DNA from: a candidate division WWE3 bacterium GW2011_GWB1_41_6
GTDB taxonomy: Bacteria > Patescibacteriota > WWE3 > UBA101185 > UBA10185
Reading direction: 5' to 3'
Length of the DNA stretch: 64,000 bases
Assembly: GCA_000997355.1 (NCBI GenBank)
Contig: LCBS01000001.1
Location: forward strand, 5,191 to 69,190
A program made the position numbers and the translations under genes. The stretch's first letter is position 1; every line of letters starts with the position of its first letter. Shown one piece after another: positions 38,897 through 48,385 of the stretch. The notes under the pieces were generated by a model. It had not been told where the DNA came from. It did no database searches and worked only from the letters and a program-made list of their open reading frames with translations.

Positions 38897-41116
38897 ATGA
38901 AAAAAGATTTTCACATATCAGGAATGCATTGCGCCAGCTGTGCAATGAATATAAAGAGCGTACTTAATAAAGTACCGGAATTAAAGAACGTGGAGGTAAA
39001 TTTTGCCAGTGAACAGGCATCGGTTGAACATGACGGGGATTTCCCTAAAGACAAGGTCGGCAGTGCCGTAGAATCACTTGGGTACAAAGCTCATTTTGAT
39101 GAAGATAACAAAGACCAAACTCCTGAAGACGCGGCAGAATTGGAGTCAAAGAGAGAATTAAATGAACTAAAGACTAAATTAACATGGAGCACTTTCTTTA
39201 CTGTATTACTTTTGATAGGGGCAATGTTCATACAAGCCCCCGAAGTTCTTAGAAACCCCTGGGTCATGCTCATATTTGCTACACCCGTACAGTTCTGGGT
39301 GGGCGCTCAATATTATAAGAGCATGTGGGCATCGCTGAAAAATAGACTTGCCAACATGGATACTCTTATCGCGATAGGAACTTCGGTAGCGTATTTCTTT
39401 TCTTTAGCCGTGCTGCTTTTTGAAGAACAGCTGATACAGTTAGGTATCGAGCCACACGTTTACTTTGAGGTTTCCGCAACTATCATCACGCTTATACTTC
39501 TGGGCAAATATCTGGAAAAAAGAGCCAGGGGTCAGGCATCCTCAGCAATCAGAAAATTGCTGGACCTGCAGGCAAAGAACGCAACAGTGGTCCGGGACGG
39601 AAAAGAAATAATGATTCCCGTTGATCAAATCGTAGTAGGCGATACGATCATTGTAAAACCCGGAGAAAAACTTCCAATAGACGGTGAGATCATAAAGGGC
39701 GAGACATCTATAGATGAAAGTATGGTTACAGGTGAAAGCCTGCCCGTGGAAAAAGGCGTGGGCGCCAAAGTCATAGGAGCGACCGTGAACAAGAGCGGCT
39801 CAATAAGGATAGTAGCTACTAAAGTTGGTGAAAATACTTTGCTCGCACATATTATAGAAACCGTCAAACGCGCCCAGGCATCACGGGCACCCATCCAAAA
39901 ACTTGTAGATAAAATATCATCGGTGTTCGTCCCTATCGTTATTATTCTTGCATTGATCACGTTCCTTATGTGGTTCAACTTTGGTCCGGAACCTGCGTTC
40001 GTCCGGGGATTGGTTAGTTTGATCTCGGTTTTGATAATTGCGTGCCCTTGCGCTTTAGGTTTAGCCACTCCAATGTCTATTATGGTAGGAACGGGTAAGG
40101 GTGCCGAGAACGGCATCCTTATAAAAGATGCGGAAGCTTTGGAGGTTGCTAACAAAATAAATTATATTGTTTTCGACAAAACCGGGACTTTGACATACGG
40201 CAAGCCCGAAGTCGACGGTTTCGAAATAGTCGCGCGCGATACCGATCCTCAGTTCATAAAAAACGCTATTCTTGCCGTGGAAAAATTGTCACATCATCCG
40301 CTGGCCGAAGCTGTTGTGAGATATTTATCAAACGACACTGAGGTACCTGAAGCCGAGGGGTTTGTAGATAGGTCAGGCTTTGGTGTAAAAGCAACCGTTA
40401 ACGGCAAACCGGTTCTGATCGGAACAAAAAAACTAATGGAAAGTGAAAATATTGAGGTTACAAAAGAGGCTGATAAACTCGCGGAGGGCTGGAGAGATAA
40501 AGCCCGCACTGTTTCTTACGCAGCTATTGATAATAAAATAGCAGCATTGATAGGTATATCCGACTTAGTCAAACCAAACGCAAAAGAAGTTGTAGCCACG
40601 TTGAAAAAAATGGGCATCACACCCGTAATGATAACCGGTGATAACGCAAAAACGGCAAAAGCTATCGGGGAACAATTGGGAATTCAAGAAATCCTCTCTG
40701 AAGTCCTTCCTCAGGATAAAGCAAATAAAGTGAAGGAACTGCAGGAGGGCGCTAAAGTGGTGGCAATGGTAGGTGACGGAATTAACGACGCTCCGGCACT
40801 GGCAACCGCAAATATAGGTATCGCCATGGGCGAAGGAACTGACGTTGCGATCGAATCATCCGGGGTGACATTGCTGCGGGGTGATATATCACTGGTTCCA
40901 AAAGCAGTGAACCTATCAAAGTCGACTGTAAAGAATATTAAGCAAAATCTGGCTTGGGCGTTCGGATACAACGTTATTCTGATACCCGTAGCTATGGGTG
41001 TACTATATCCACTATTCGGAATATTACTTAACCCAATCCTGGCAAGCGGTGCCATGGCATTATCAAGCGTTTCGGTAGTTGTTAACGCCCTTAGACTCAG
41101 GACAAAAAAACTCTAG
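38897..41116 (+). CDS. copA: Copper-translocating P1B-type ATPase
   Basis: [31 protein letters not shown] and MALSS. Confidence 0.96.
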   Translation: MKKDFHISGMHCASCAMNIKSVLNKVPELKNVEVNFASEQASVEHDGDFPKDKVGSAVESLGYKAHFDEDNKDQTPEDAAELESKRELNELKTKLTWSTFFTVLLLIGAMFIQAPEVLRNPWVMLIFATPVQFWVGAQYYKSMWASLKNRLANMDTLIAIGTSVAYFFSLAVLLFEEQLIQLGIEPHVYFEVSATIITLILLGKYLEKRARGQASSAIRKLLDLQAKNATVVRDGKEIMIPVDQIVVGDTIIVKPGEKLPIDGEIIKGETSIDESMVTGESLPVEKGVGAKVIGATVNKSGSIRIVATKVGENTLLAHIIETVKRAQASRAPIQKLVDKISSVFVPIVIILALITFLMWFNFGPEPAFVRGLVSLISVLIIACPCALGLATPMSIMVGTGKGAENGILIKDAEALEVANKINYIVFDKTGTLTYGKPEVDGFEIVARDTDPQFIKNAILAVEKLSHHPLAEAVVRYLSNDTEVPEAEGFVDRSGFGVKATVNGKPVLIGTKKLMESENIEVTKEADKLAEGWRDKARTVSYAAIDNKIAALIGISDLVKPNAKEVVATLKKMGITPVMITGDNAKTAKAIGEQLGIQEILSEVLPQDKANKVKELQEGAKVVAMVGDGINDAPALATANIGIAMGEGTDVAIESSGVTLLRGDISLVPKAVNLSKSTVKNIKQNLAWAFGYNVILIPVAMGVLYPLFGILLNPILASGAMALSSVSVVVNALRLRTKKL

Positions 41117-41132
41117 AATTCTTGACTTTAAT

Positions 41133-41169
41133 AAAAAAGGGAGCAGTCGTAGATCAATACTGCTCCTTT
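41133..41169 (-). terminator. Terminator of small-family gene 1 (possibly bidirectional with copA)
   Basis: GGAGCAGT/ACTGCTCC 8-bp stem; U-tract on the minus strand. Confidence 0.75.
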
Positions 41170-41177
41170 GATGAACG

Positions 41178-41468
41178 TCACTCCCGCTGATCGACATTTA
41201 CTGCTTCCCAAACCCACCTGGCCTTCATCTGGTACATGGCAGGTGATTCCAACGACCTGAGCAAGATACTTGTTTTGGCCGGAATATTCTTACACGCTCT
41301 ATAATCCGCCAATAAATTGTTGAATTGTGAGGCCGACTCTACATCAAAAACACAGAGCACGCCATCTACCATAACCCTATCACCTTTTCTTACGGGTTTA
41401 GGTTTTTGCTGACACACTTTTCCGAATTCCTTTAATACCTCGGGAATATTAATACATAGTGGAGGCAT
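41178..41468 (-). CDS. Small orphan-family protein, copy 1
   Basis: AAAGGAGAG SD 6 nt before ATG 41468; aligns by eye with 58932..59180 and 61998..62249. Confidence 0.7.
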   Translation of the reverse strand: MPPLCINIPEVLKEFGKVCQQKPKPVRKGDRVMVDGVLCVFDVESASQFNNLLADYRACKNIPAKTSILLRSLESPAMYQMKARWVWEAVNVDQRE

Positions 41469-41553
41469 TCCAGTCTCTCCTTTCGTATCCCCTACCTTAT
41501 TGCCGGTATACACTTTTGCTATGTAATTCTACCATTGGACGTTCTGCACATTT

Positions 41554-41589
41554 AAAAAAAGGAGCAATGCTTTTTCAAGCTGCTCCTTT
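41554..41589 (-). terminator. Terminator after the RT gene
   Basis: AAAGGAGCA/TGCTCCTTT stem with inner GCTT/AAGC; U-tract on the minus strand. Confidence 0.75.
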
Positions 41590-41594
41590 CTATG

Positions 41595-42599
41595 TTAGAA
41601 CATTCTGGAGTTATGGAACGACGTAACCAGCCTTTCCAGCAACTCAGGGGTTCCTCTCACCTTTCCAAAATACTGCTGGAACAACCCGATGAAGTATGCA
41701 AGCTTGGCCCTGTCTTCCGGAGATAGTTTTTCCGGGTTGGTAGTCTTATATACCTGAGAAACCCAAGTCAGGATACCAAGAATCTGCTTTCTGTACACTT
41801 CAGGCGTTGGACTTGACAGTGCCTCGTTCAATAACAAAACGTACGCATCCAGCTTGTCAGGGTCCAGCTCTAGTCTATCCTCATATACATGTGTTCCGAG
41901 ATACGATATCGGCATGTGTTCAAAACCCGCCGACCAACTTACCTGAAAATCATGCATTGAGATTATCTTTGCTACTGCCCTGTCTACCGCCCACAGATTT
42001 ACGGGTTTATCGAAAGAGAAACACATGTTATCGGCATACCTTGTATACGCTCTTAGCGGGAAGTTACCTAGGATAGCCAGTAAATCTTTGTCCATCGGAT
42101 CCACAACGGCGTTAAAAACATATGGTGTAGATACACATCCCTGTGGAGTAGTTCCTTCATACGTGAGCAGGGTGGCTATCAGTAAACGGACCTCCTTTGA
42201 CATCTTCCGGAACCTTCTTTCCAATAGCTTGTAAATCTTCTCCTTTGTCACATGATCGAAAGCATCCTTTAAATCAACCACTAATGCGGTTTTTGCTCCC
42301 TGGTGCGGTTTGATCGCGGGAATTATACCTTTGCCGGTATAGCAATAATCGGCACTTCCGCCGAATGTTTTTACAAACCACGACGCAAGTATCGACTGAA
42401 CATAAACCAGATCTTTTGTAGCCGGAACGATCCTTCTCTTTCCTCCACTTTTCTTTTTTACATAGAAGGGTTTCAAATATCGTTCCCTTTCGGCTAGTGA
42501 CACCAGTCTTGAGATTGTATTCCGGTACCTGACAAGTTCCTTGTCAAAAGACGGTGTCGTATTCTCTGCCATAGACCAGATAATACTCTCTACGAACAT
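41595..42599 (-). CDS. Retron-like reverse transcriptase with YADN active-site variant
   Basis: KKKSGGKRRI, VDLKDAFDHV, PQGCVSTP..FN, YTRYADNMCFS, YLG; 334 aa, no maturase or endonuclease domain. Confidence 0.9.
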   Translation of the reverse strand: MFVESIIWSMAENTTPSFDKELVRYRNTISRLVSLAERERYLKPFYVKKKSGGKRRIVPATKDLVYVQSILASWFVKTFGGSADYCYTGKGIIPAIKPHQGAKTALVVDLKDAFDHVTKEKIYKLLERRFRKMSKEVRLLIATLLTYEGTTPQGCVSTPYVFNAVVDPMDKDLLAILGNFPLRAYTRYADNMCFSFDKPVNLWAVDRAVAKIISMHDFQVSWSAGFEHMPISYLGTHVYEDRLELDPDKLDAYVLLLNEALSSPTPEVYRKQILGILTWVSQVYKTTNPEKLSPEDRAKLAYFIGLFQQYFGKVRGTPELLERLVTSFHNSRMF

Positions 42600-42645
42600 C
42601 TCTGCTCTCCTTTTTCTATATCTTCTTTTGTTTTATGAACGCCAA

Positions 42646-43323
42646 CTAACCGGACATTTCAATTGACGCTCTCCTTACTCCACCCGCGCCTCTTAACAAT
42701 AGCAATAGCACGACCCCCGTCACAAAACCCCCGACATGAGCTCCATATGCAATGCCTCCCGTTTCAGCAATCCCGATCGTTCCCAGTCCTGCTAAAAATT
42801 GAAATAAAAACCAATACAACAACATCGTGTATGCCGGAACGGTAATTATCCTTACCACAAAGCCAAAGAATACAAGAACATCGATCCCGTGGCGCGGGAA
42901 CAGTACCAGATAGCCTCCCATTATTCCCGCAATTGCTCCGGAAGCTCCCAGGTTCGGGATACCGGATGCGGGGTTTAAAAATATCTGTAGCGCTGTTGCC
43001 CCTAAACCGACCAGTATATAGAAAAACAAATATTTTATCGAACCCAAACGATCCTCGAGATTGTCCCCGAAAATATATAAAAATAACATATTCCCAAAAA
43101 GATGTCCCAAACTACCATGAAGGAACATGGATGTTACAAGTGTATAAAGATTTTGGCCGTTAACAACCAGGTTTGGTATCAAAGCATACTGATTTACGAA
43201 CATTTCCAGTCCGGGCTCTGACATTCCAAACATAAAAAAGAAGACGGCAATGTTAATGCCAAGCAATAGAAAATTCAGTATAGGTATTTTTCCCGATGGT
43301 GTATGGTCTTTTATTGGCAGCAT
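42646..43323 (-). CDS. Rhomboid intramembrane serine protease
   Basis: SMFLHG..HLFGNM, GASGA, AHVGGF. Confidence 0.93.
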   Translation of the reverse strand: MLPIKDHTPSGKIPILNFLLLGINIAVFFFMFGMSEPGLEMFVNQYALIPNLVVNGQNLYTLVTSMFLHGSLGHLFGNMLFLYIFGDNLEDRLGSIKYLFFYILVGLGATALQIFLNPASGIPNLGASGAIAGIMGGYLVLFPRHGIDVLVFFGFVVRIITVPAYTMLLYWFLFQFLAGLGTIGIAETGGIAYGAHVGGFVTGVVLLLLLRGAGGVRRASIEMSG

Positions 43324-43431
43324 ATGTTTTTAGTCACTTTCTAGTATTTATACTATCTGTGTATTGATAAGGTTTCTTTAAAAAAGTGTTGCTGTTGTGA
43401 TAAAACCAAAAAAAGACCTCCGGACTATTTT

Positions 43432-43662
43432 TTAATCCGGAGGTATACGCGTACCATTAAAGTAAGCATCGATCTCCCGTACATTGTTTACCCGGAATTC
43501 CCAACCTTTTGGACTAATCGTTTTGATGGTGAGAACACCGGCATTCTTATCCCATCGTACGTTGTTGATGTCAAAGACAAGAGGATTGGAATTAAGTATA
43601 TGGTGATGTCCCCAGTTTCTACACCATTTTACCGCCTCCTGAAGATCAGGGAGAGTTAACAC
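43432..43662 (-). CDS. Small orphan protein
   Basis: 76 aa, 2 bp after the upstream ORF; CCTCCGGA/TCCGGAGG hairpin over its stop. Confidence 0.5.
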   Translation of the reverse strand: MLTLPDLQEAVKWCRNWGHHHILNSNPLVFDINNVRWDKNAGVLTIKTISPKGWEFRVNNVREIDAYFNGTRIPPD

Positions 43663-43664
43663 GG

Positions 43665-44006
43665 CTACCTCTCACGACAAAACATTCGCAGGAAACTCAA
43701 AACTTGATTCTTCAATGTTGGGTTCTTTTTTATCTCCCCCGCCCCGCGGCCAACAAAATACTGAACAGGTTGTGCTCTTCCAAGCTCTTCCTGTACTCTA
43801 GAGGCTAAGCCGTAGTGAGTCTCCGCCGCAAGGTAGCTGAAATCCACAAAGTTAATTTTCGGCAGACTCATATATGCACCTAACGGTTTGACAAAAATAT
43901 CGTCGCCGGATTCCAGATCCTGAGACGTATTGTACCCTATTACTACAACCCGCGCCTTACCTTCACCAACAGGTTCAAAAATCTCATATTGCCCAATGAA
44001 CGTCAT
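43665..44006 (-). CDS. Small orphan protein
   Basis: 113 aa; AAAGGAGAG SD. Confidence 0.6.
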   Translation of the reverse strand: MTFIGQYEIFEPVGEGKARVVVIGYNTSQDLESGDDIFVKPLGAYMSLPKINFVDFSYLAAETHYGLASRVQEELGRAQPVQYFVGRGAGEIKKNPTLKNQVLSFLRMFCRER

Positions 44007-44136
44007 TGTATTTACTCTCCTTTTATCTTATTCACCAGATTCGTTAAGCGTAATATACTATTAATAATAACTTATAACAAATTCCTGCCCCCAAGCATTG
44101 AAAGTTATGAGTATCTATCCGTGTAAAGGAGAAGCA

Positions 44137-44511
44137 ATGAGCAGATTAGTATGGTTACGGGCGAATATCAAATGCCATAGAGGATGCCGCACTTTCAGAT
44201 ACGTGGCTGAACTGGTGGCTACCGCCGCACTTGCGGGAGGTGCCAAAGAGTGTGGAAAAGCTCTGTTCCTGGAAGTTACAGAGGATGCTGTATCAAGGTG
44301 GGAAAAAAACACCTGGATGAAACCGGGCGATATTCGCCGGTTGAAGCTCCTCCGTGATGCAATTGCTAGTGATCTTGAAAACCGTCCAAATACTGCGGCT
44401 AAAGACTATAGAACCGTCGCGAGAGAAACAAATGGTCGTGTACCGTACGCATTGACACGGAAACGCGCTTTGATGAAAGTCGGCTCCCAGTTCGTAAAAG
44501 GTGAGATTTAA
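44137..44511 (+). CDS. Orphan protein with possible XRE/Cro-like HTH
   Basis: AAAGGAGA SD; LEVTEDAVSRWEKN resembles an HTH recognition helix. Confidence 0.55.
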   Translation: MSRLVWLRANIKCHRGCRTFRYVAELVATAALAGGAKECGKALFLEVTEDAVSRWEKNTWMKPGDIRRLKLLRDAIASDLENRPNTAAKDYRTVARETNGRVPYALTRKRALMKVGSQFVKGEI

Positions 44512-44521
44512 CTGTATTTAC

Positions 44522-44555
44522 AAAGCCCTCTGTATCCACCAGACGGGCTTTTTTT
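44522..44555 (+). terminator. Intrinsic terminator
   Basis: AAGCCC-TCTG..CAGA-C-GGGCTT followed by T-tract. Confidence 0.7.
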
Positions 44556-44608
44556 ATTCCACTTTCATTTTGGTTGAATAAAACCCGAACACCTGATAAC
44601 ATCATCGC

Positions 44609-46063
44609 ATGCTGCCAAGAACACTAACATTCGTCGATGTAGAGACAACAGGAGCGAGCCTTAGAAACAGCAGAATAATAGAGATAGGGATCATAAGAGT
44701 TGAGAACGATCAAGTCGTTGATACTTTTCATTCCCTTTTGGATCCGGAAACTCACATTCCTCCGGAGATACTTGAATTCACAGGTATAACCCAGGACGAA
44801 ATAAAAAATGCCCCCACATTCAGCCAAATAAAAGATACGGTCATGGAACTTTTTAACGACTCCGTTTTTGTAGCCCATAACGTGAAGTTCGACTACTCCT
44901 TTATAAAAAAAGAATTTGTAATGCTGGAGGAACAGTTCAACGCCAAAACCATGTGTACAGTAAACCTTTCACGAAGCCTTTTCCCTTTTTACCGCAAACA
45001 CAATCTTGACGCTTTGATCGAACGGCATGGAATTTCGTGTGTCCGCAGGCATAGGGCAATTGACGACGCCAAAGTGTTGGTCGAATTCTATCAAAAAATG
45101 CTGGATGAGATCCCTTCCGAAGTTTTGATACGGGCTTTTGATAAAGTTATGAAAAACGCCAATATTCCTACGAAAATAAAATCCCGTGTGATCGAAGGCC
45201 TTCCCGATACACCCGGGATATACGTTTTTTACGGAAAGAACGGAGTTCCGCTTTACGTGGGAAAAAGCGTGAATATAAAGTCACGGGTGAAATCCCACTT
45301 CGCAGGTTCGAATATTACGTCCAAGGACTTTAAACTATCCCAGCAGATTGAGGATATTTCTTTTATGAAAACGGCGGGAGAACTAGGTGCTTTATTAAAA
45401 GAAGCTGAACTGGTCAAGGAACTTCAGCCGGTATATAACTCACGTTTGCGGAATTATCAAAGCCTCGTGCTCTTAAAAAATGTTAAGAACGAAGAAGGCT
45501 ATGAAACTGTTGAGATTTTTGAGACAGACAACCCCACATATAACGAAGTGATAAACTCTTTGGGAATTTTTAAGTCGCGTTCCCAGGCAAAGAAAAGTCT
45601 GGAGGAAGTGAGGGATAAACACGATCTTTGCACAAAACTACTTGGGTTGGAAAGCACCAAAGGTTCGTGTTTCTTGCATAAACTGGAAAAATGCAACGGA
45701 GCCTGTGTGGGAAAAGAAAACCCGATGAAATACAATATGCGCTTTTATATGGCTTTTTCCGGAACGAAACTGACACAATGGCCGTTTGAAGGCCCTGTTG
45801 TAATATCAGAAGTTGATGAGCTGAACGGAAAGGTCGAACGTTTCCTCGTGAACAATTGGAGGGTTCTAAAGACGGTTGATGAAGCTGTTGAGGAGTTGGA
45901 TGACCGGGAGGAAAACGGGATGAAAGCAGGGATTATTGCTGATATGCAGGAAGATTTTATGTTCGATCTGGACAACTATAAGATCATCAAGAATTTTTTT
46001 AGGAAAAAGGAGAATTTGGAGAACATTAAGAGGATCGGAAGTTTTTCACAGTTGGAGTGGTAG
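44609..46063 (+). CDS. DEDDh 3'-5' exonuclease (DnaQ-like) fused to a GIY-YIG/UvrC-like nuclease
   Basis: DVETTG, HNVKFD, HRAIDDA; PGIYVF..LYVGKS..RV.SH; Cys cluster. Confidence 0.9.
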   Translation: MLPRTLTFVDVETTGASLRNSRIIEIGIIRVENDQVVDTFHSLLDPETHIPPEILEFTGITQDEIKNAPTFSQIKDTVMELFNDSVFVAHNVKFDYSFIKKEFVMLEEQFNAKTMCTVNLSRSLFPFYRKHNLDALIERHGISCVRRHRAIDDAKVLVEFYQKMLDEIPSEVLIRAFDKVMKNANIPTKIKSRVIEGLPDTPGIYVFYGKNGVPLYVGKSVNIKSRVKSHFAGSNITSKDFKLSQQIEDISFMKTAGELGALLKEAELVKELQPVYNSRLRNYQSLVLLKNVKNEEGYETVEIFETDNPTYNEVINSLGIFKSRSQAKKSLEEVRDKHDLCTKLLGLESTKGSCFLHKLEKCNGACVGKENPMKYNMRFYMAFSGTKLTQWPFEGPVVISEVDELNGKVERFLVNNWRVLKTVDEAVEELDDREENGMKAGIIADMQEDFMFDLDNYKIIKNFFRKKENLENIKRIGSFSQLEW

Positions 46064-46154
46064 TTATTATGACTTATAGTCATTTACATTGTTGGTATAT
46101 TGCCTTATAATAACGACTATCAAATCCAGTTAATCAATCGTTCATAAGTCGACA

Positions 46155-46475
46155 ATGGAGGTAGAGATGACAGACGTGTATGCGATCTTAGATAATCCTG
46201 AAGTAGCTCAGTGTGTTCATAGTGATACTTCAACTGTTAACGGTAGAGAGCTGCCCGCCAGTACTATCCGCAAGGCTGCTGAGTTCAGAGCAGATATACT
46301 CCCAAGAAATCAGTTTAAGATTTGGGATAATAAGTCTATGAAGGTGCTTGCCACCGTTAATGCTGAAACCAGCACACATTACCAAGTTCTAGTAGCGTTT
46401 TGCAGAGCATGGGTTCGGAATGGCCCCGGTAAACCGCTGGATTATAATGGACCAAGGTTGATCTTAGTAACTTAA
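46155..46475 (+). CDS. Small orphan protein
   Basis: TTTACA-17-TATAAT promoter upstream; start may be the second Met (GGAGG SD). Confidence 0.55.
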   Translation: MEVEMTDVYAILDNPEVAQCVHSDTSTVNGRELPASTIRKAAEFRADILPRNQFKIWDNKSMKVLATVNAETSTHYQVLVAFCRAWVRNGPGKPLDYNGPRLILVT

Positions 46476-46500
46476 GCTTTAAATAAAGAAGGAGAGAATA

Positions 46501-46788
46501 GTGACAATACAGATGTATGTATATTATCCCGAAGCAGGAATCGGGTACTCGGTCTATCCGCTGTTCGACAATGTCCACGAACATCCCGGAAAGGACATCA
46601 TCGAGGAATCCGACTGCTTCATCATATACACCGACAAAACAAAAAAGAATTTCGATGTGTACGACGCCCGGACTTGTAAGCTTGTAGGCAGTGGAAAAAT
46701 CCCGTCGGTTCATCAGTGGGCCGATATTGCGCGGGTATGTACCGATATAATGGGACACGAACTAAATGCAATTTATATCCAGCATTAG
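46501..46788 (+). CDS. Small orphan protein
   Basis: AAGGAGAG SD, GTG start, terminator downstream. Confidence 0.6.
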   Translation: MTIQMYVYYPEAGIGYSVYPLFDNVHEHPGKDIIEESDCFIIYTDKTKKNFDVYDARTCKLVGSGKIPSVHQWADIARVCTDIMGHELNAIYIQH

Positions 46789-46798
46789 TGAACCATCT

Positions 46799-46862
46799 AC
46801 TCCCGTACTATGAATTAGCACGGGAGTTTTTTACTGACAGAACCCCGACTAGTACGGGGTTC
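46799..46862. terminator. Two tandem hairpins between convergent genes
   Basis: ACTCCCGT..ACGGGAGT+T-tract, then AGAACCCCG..CGGGGTTCT. Confidence 0.7.
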
Positions 46863-46898
46863 TTTATACTTAGGTACCTAATAAGTATTTATCTCATG

Positions 46899-47270
46899 CT
46901 AATTCTTATAGTGGCATGAAAGGGACGATTGTCCGCTTGGAGTTACCACATTCTGCCAATCATTTGTAAACCCTGCAGTTGTGAAACACGGCAAACCGGT
47001 ATTTTCATAATTGAAAATCACCGCACCTTGCGTACTGGGATCCACATCTGAGGCTTTACAACTTGTGAGAGCATTATCTTTATTACTCTTTGTTTCAACT
47101 CTCACATTAGAATCTGCTTGTACAAGATCCCCATCACCGTCGAATAAAAGACATCCATCATCTTTAATTACAACAGCGCCTTCATTAGCAGTCGCTCTAC
47201 CGGCACCAACATACAGCGCAACACCTGCAAGAGCAAAAATTAATGTGAGTACTAGAAGTTTCTTTATCAT
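46899..47270 (-). CDS. Small exported 4-Cys protein
   Basis: Signal peptide; AAAGGGGGTGA SD before ATG 47270. Confidence 0.7.
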   Translation of the reverse strand: MIKKLLVLTLIFALAGVALYVGAGRATANEGAVVIKDDGCLLFDGDGDLVQADSNVRVETKSNKDNALTSCKASDVDPSTQGAVIFNYENTGLPCFTTAGFTNDWQNVVTPSGQSSLSCHYKN

Positions 47271-47510
47271 TATTATCACCCCCTTTCAACAAAAAAACCC
47301 GCAGTAGATTAAACTGCGGGTTTTTATAAATTTATTAAATACATGGTGAAAACATAAAGTTTTTCATTGTTTACTATAAACAACAAGTAATATTGATATA
47401 TATTTACATCAATATGTAATATGGGTGTTAAATGAATGTAAAAAATATGTAATAAAAAAATAAACCGTTTGTGAAAAGCCTCAAAGGGTTAATAGTGCTA
47501 CACTTTATAT

Positions 47511-47765
47511 ATGAATCCTCTATCAAACGGTCAAAAATTTAGAATTTATGTATTAAGTTTCGTGCTAACGCCTATGGGGCTGTATTGGTTCTTTAAGAAC
47601 TTTAGAAGCCCGATTCCTGGAAATAGAAAAGCCGGATACATTGCGCTTATACTCACAACCGCCGCACTGGCAGGTTCGTTATATGTATCTTATAGATATA
47701 TAGAGGTGTTAACGGATTACACCGATTTGTACGAACAGCAGCTGAACTTGTATGAGGGGCTGTAA
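47511..47765 (+). CDS. Small 2-TM membrane protein
   Basis: 84 aa, two hydrophobic segments. Confidence 0.65.
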   Translation: MNPLSNGQKFRIYVLSFVLTPMGLYWFFKNFRSPIPGNRKAGYIALILTTAALAGSLYVSYRYIEVLTDYTDLYEQQLNLYEGL

Positions 47766-47854
47766 TAGTTATTACCGGTACCATTTTTACCGCTAAATAT
47801 TCCAAAAAATAAAAAGGCTCCTTGTTTGCTACAAAGAGCCGTAAGGCGTATTTA

Positions 47855-48214
47855 TTAATTCTTTATGTACCCATGCATGATTGGCCAAATAAGTAGGCCG
47901 ATCATATAAGGAACTAGGAAAAACACCGCGTTAATATGGAGCGGGTACTGAGGAAAAAATACCAGCCAAAAAGCCGCTAGGAATACAACGCCTACTAGTA
48001 AGTAATATATTCCGACTGTTGTAATGGAAAACTCACCTCTCGTAAATTTTTCCACCATACTTACCAATCCTGCTCCTAGCAGACCAACCAGCACCGCACC
48101 TATCATTGCAGCCACTATTTTCTGGGTCCCACCTAAGTCCGTATAAAGCACCAACACCATCTCAGAAAGTAATAATACAACCGTAACTATTACAAATTTA
48201 AGGCGTTCGTTCAT
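47855..48214 (-). CDS. Small 4-TM membrane protein
   Basis: AAGGAG SD before MNER; hydrophobic; hairpin at about 47811-47840 downstream. Confidence 0.6.
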   Translation of the reverse strand: MNERLKFVIVTVVLLLSEMVLVLYTDLGGTQKIVAAMIGAVLVGLLGAGLVSMVEKFTRGEFSITTVGIYYLLVGVVFLAAFWLVFFPQYPLHINAVFFLVPYMIGLLIWPIMHGYIKN

Positions 48215-48385
48215 CTGCATCTCCTTTTTTATGTATCCGGATTGTTTATTATGGGTTATTTTAATATATGTATGTCTATTATGCAAATTTACATAACGGT
48301 CGTAGAGGTAAACTATTACAAAAACGTATATATAACACTTGATATATGGTTCAGAAATCCATGCCCATAGGTTATACTTATATAT

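Noticed and set aside
41595-42599. Group II intron
   Set aside because: No maturase or endonuclease domain, no domain V/VI-like sequence, and no flanking space for intron RNA
41117-44608. Diversity-generating retroelement
   Set aside because: RT motifs are retron-like (PQG..STP) rather than DGR-like (G.PIGNLTSQ); no Avd-like gene and no TR/VR pair differing at adenines was seen. A self dot-plot would confirm
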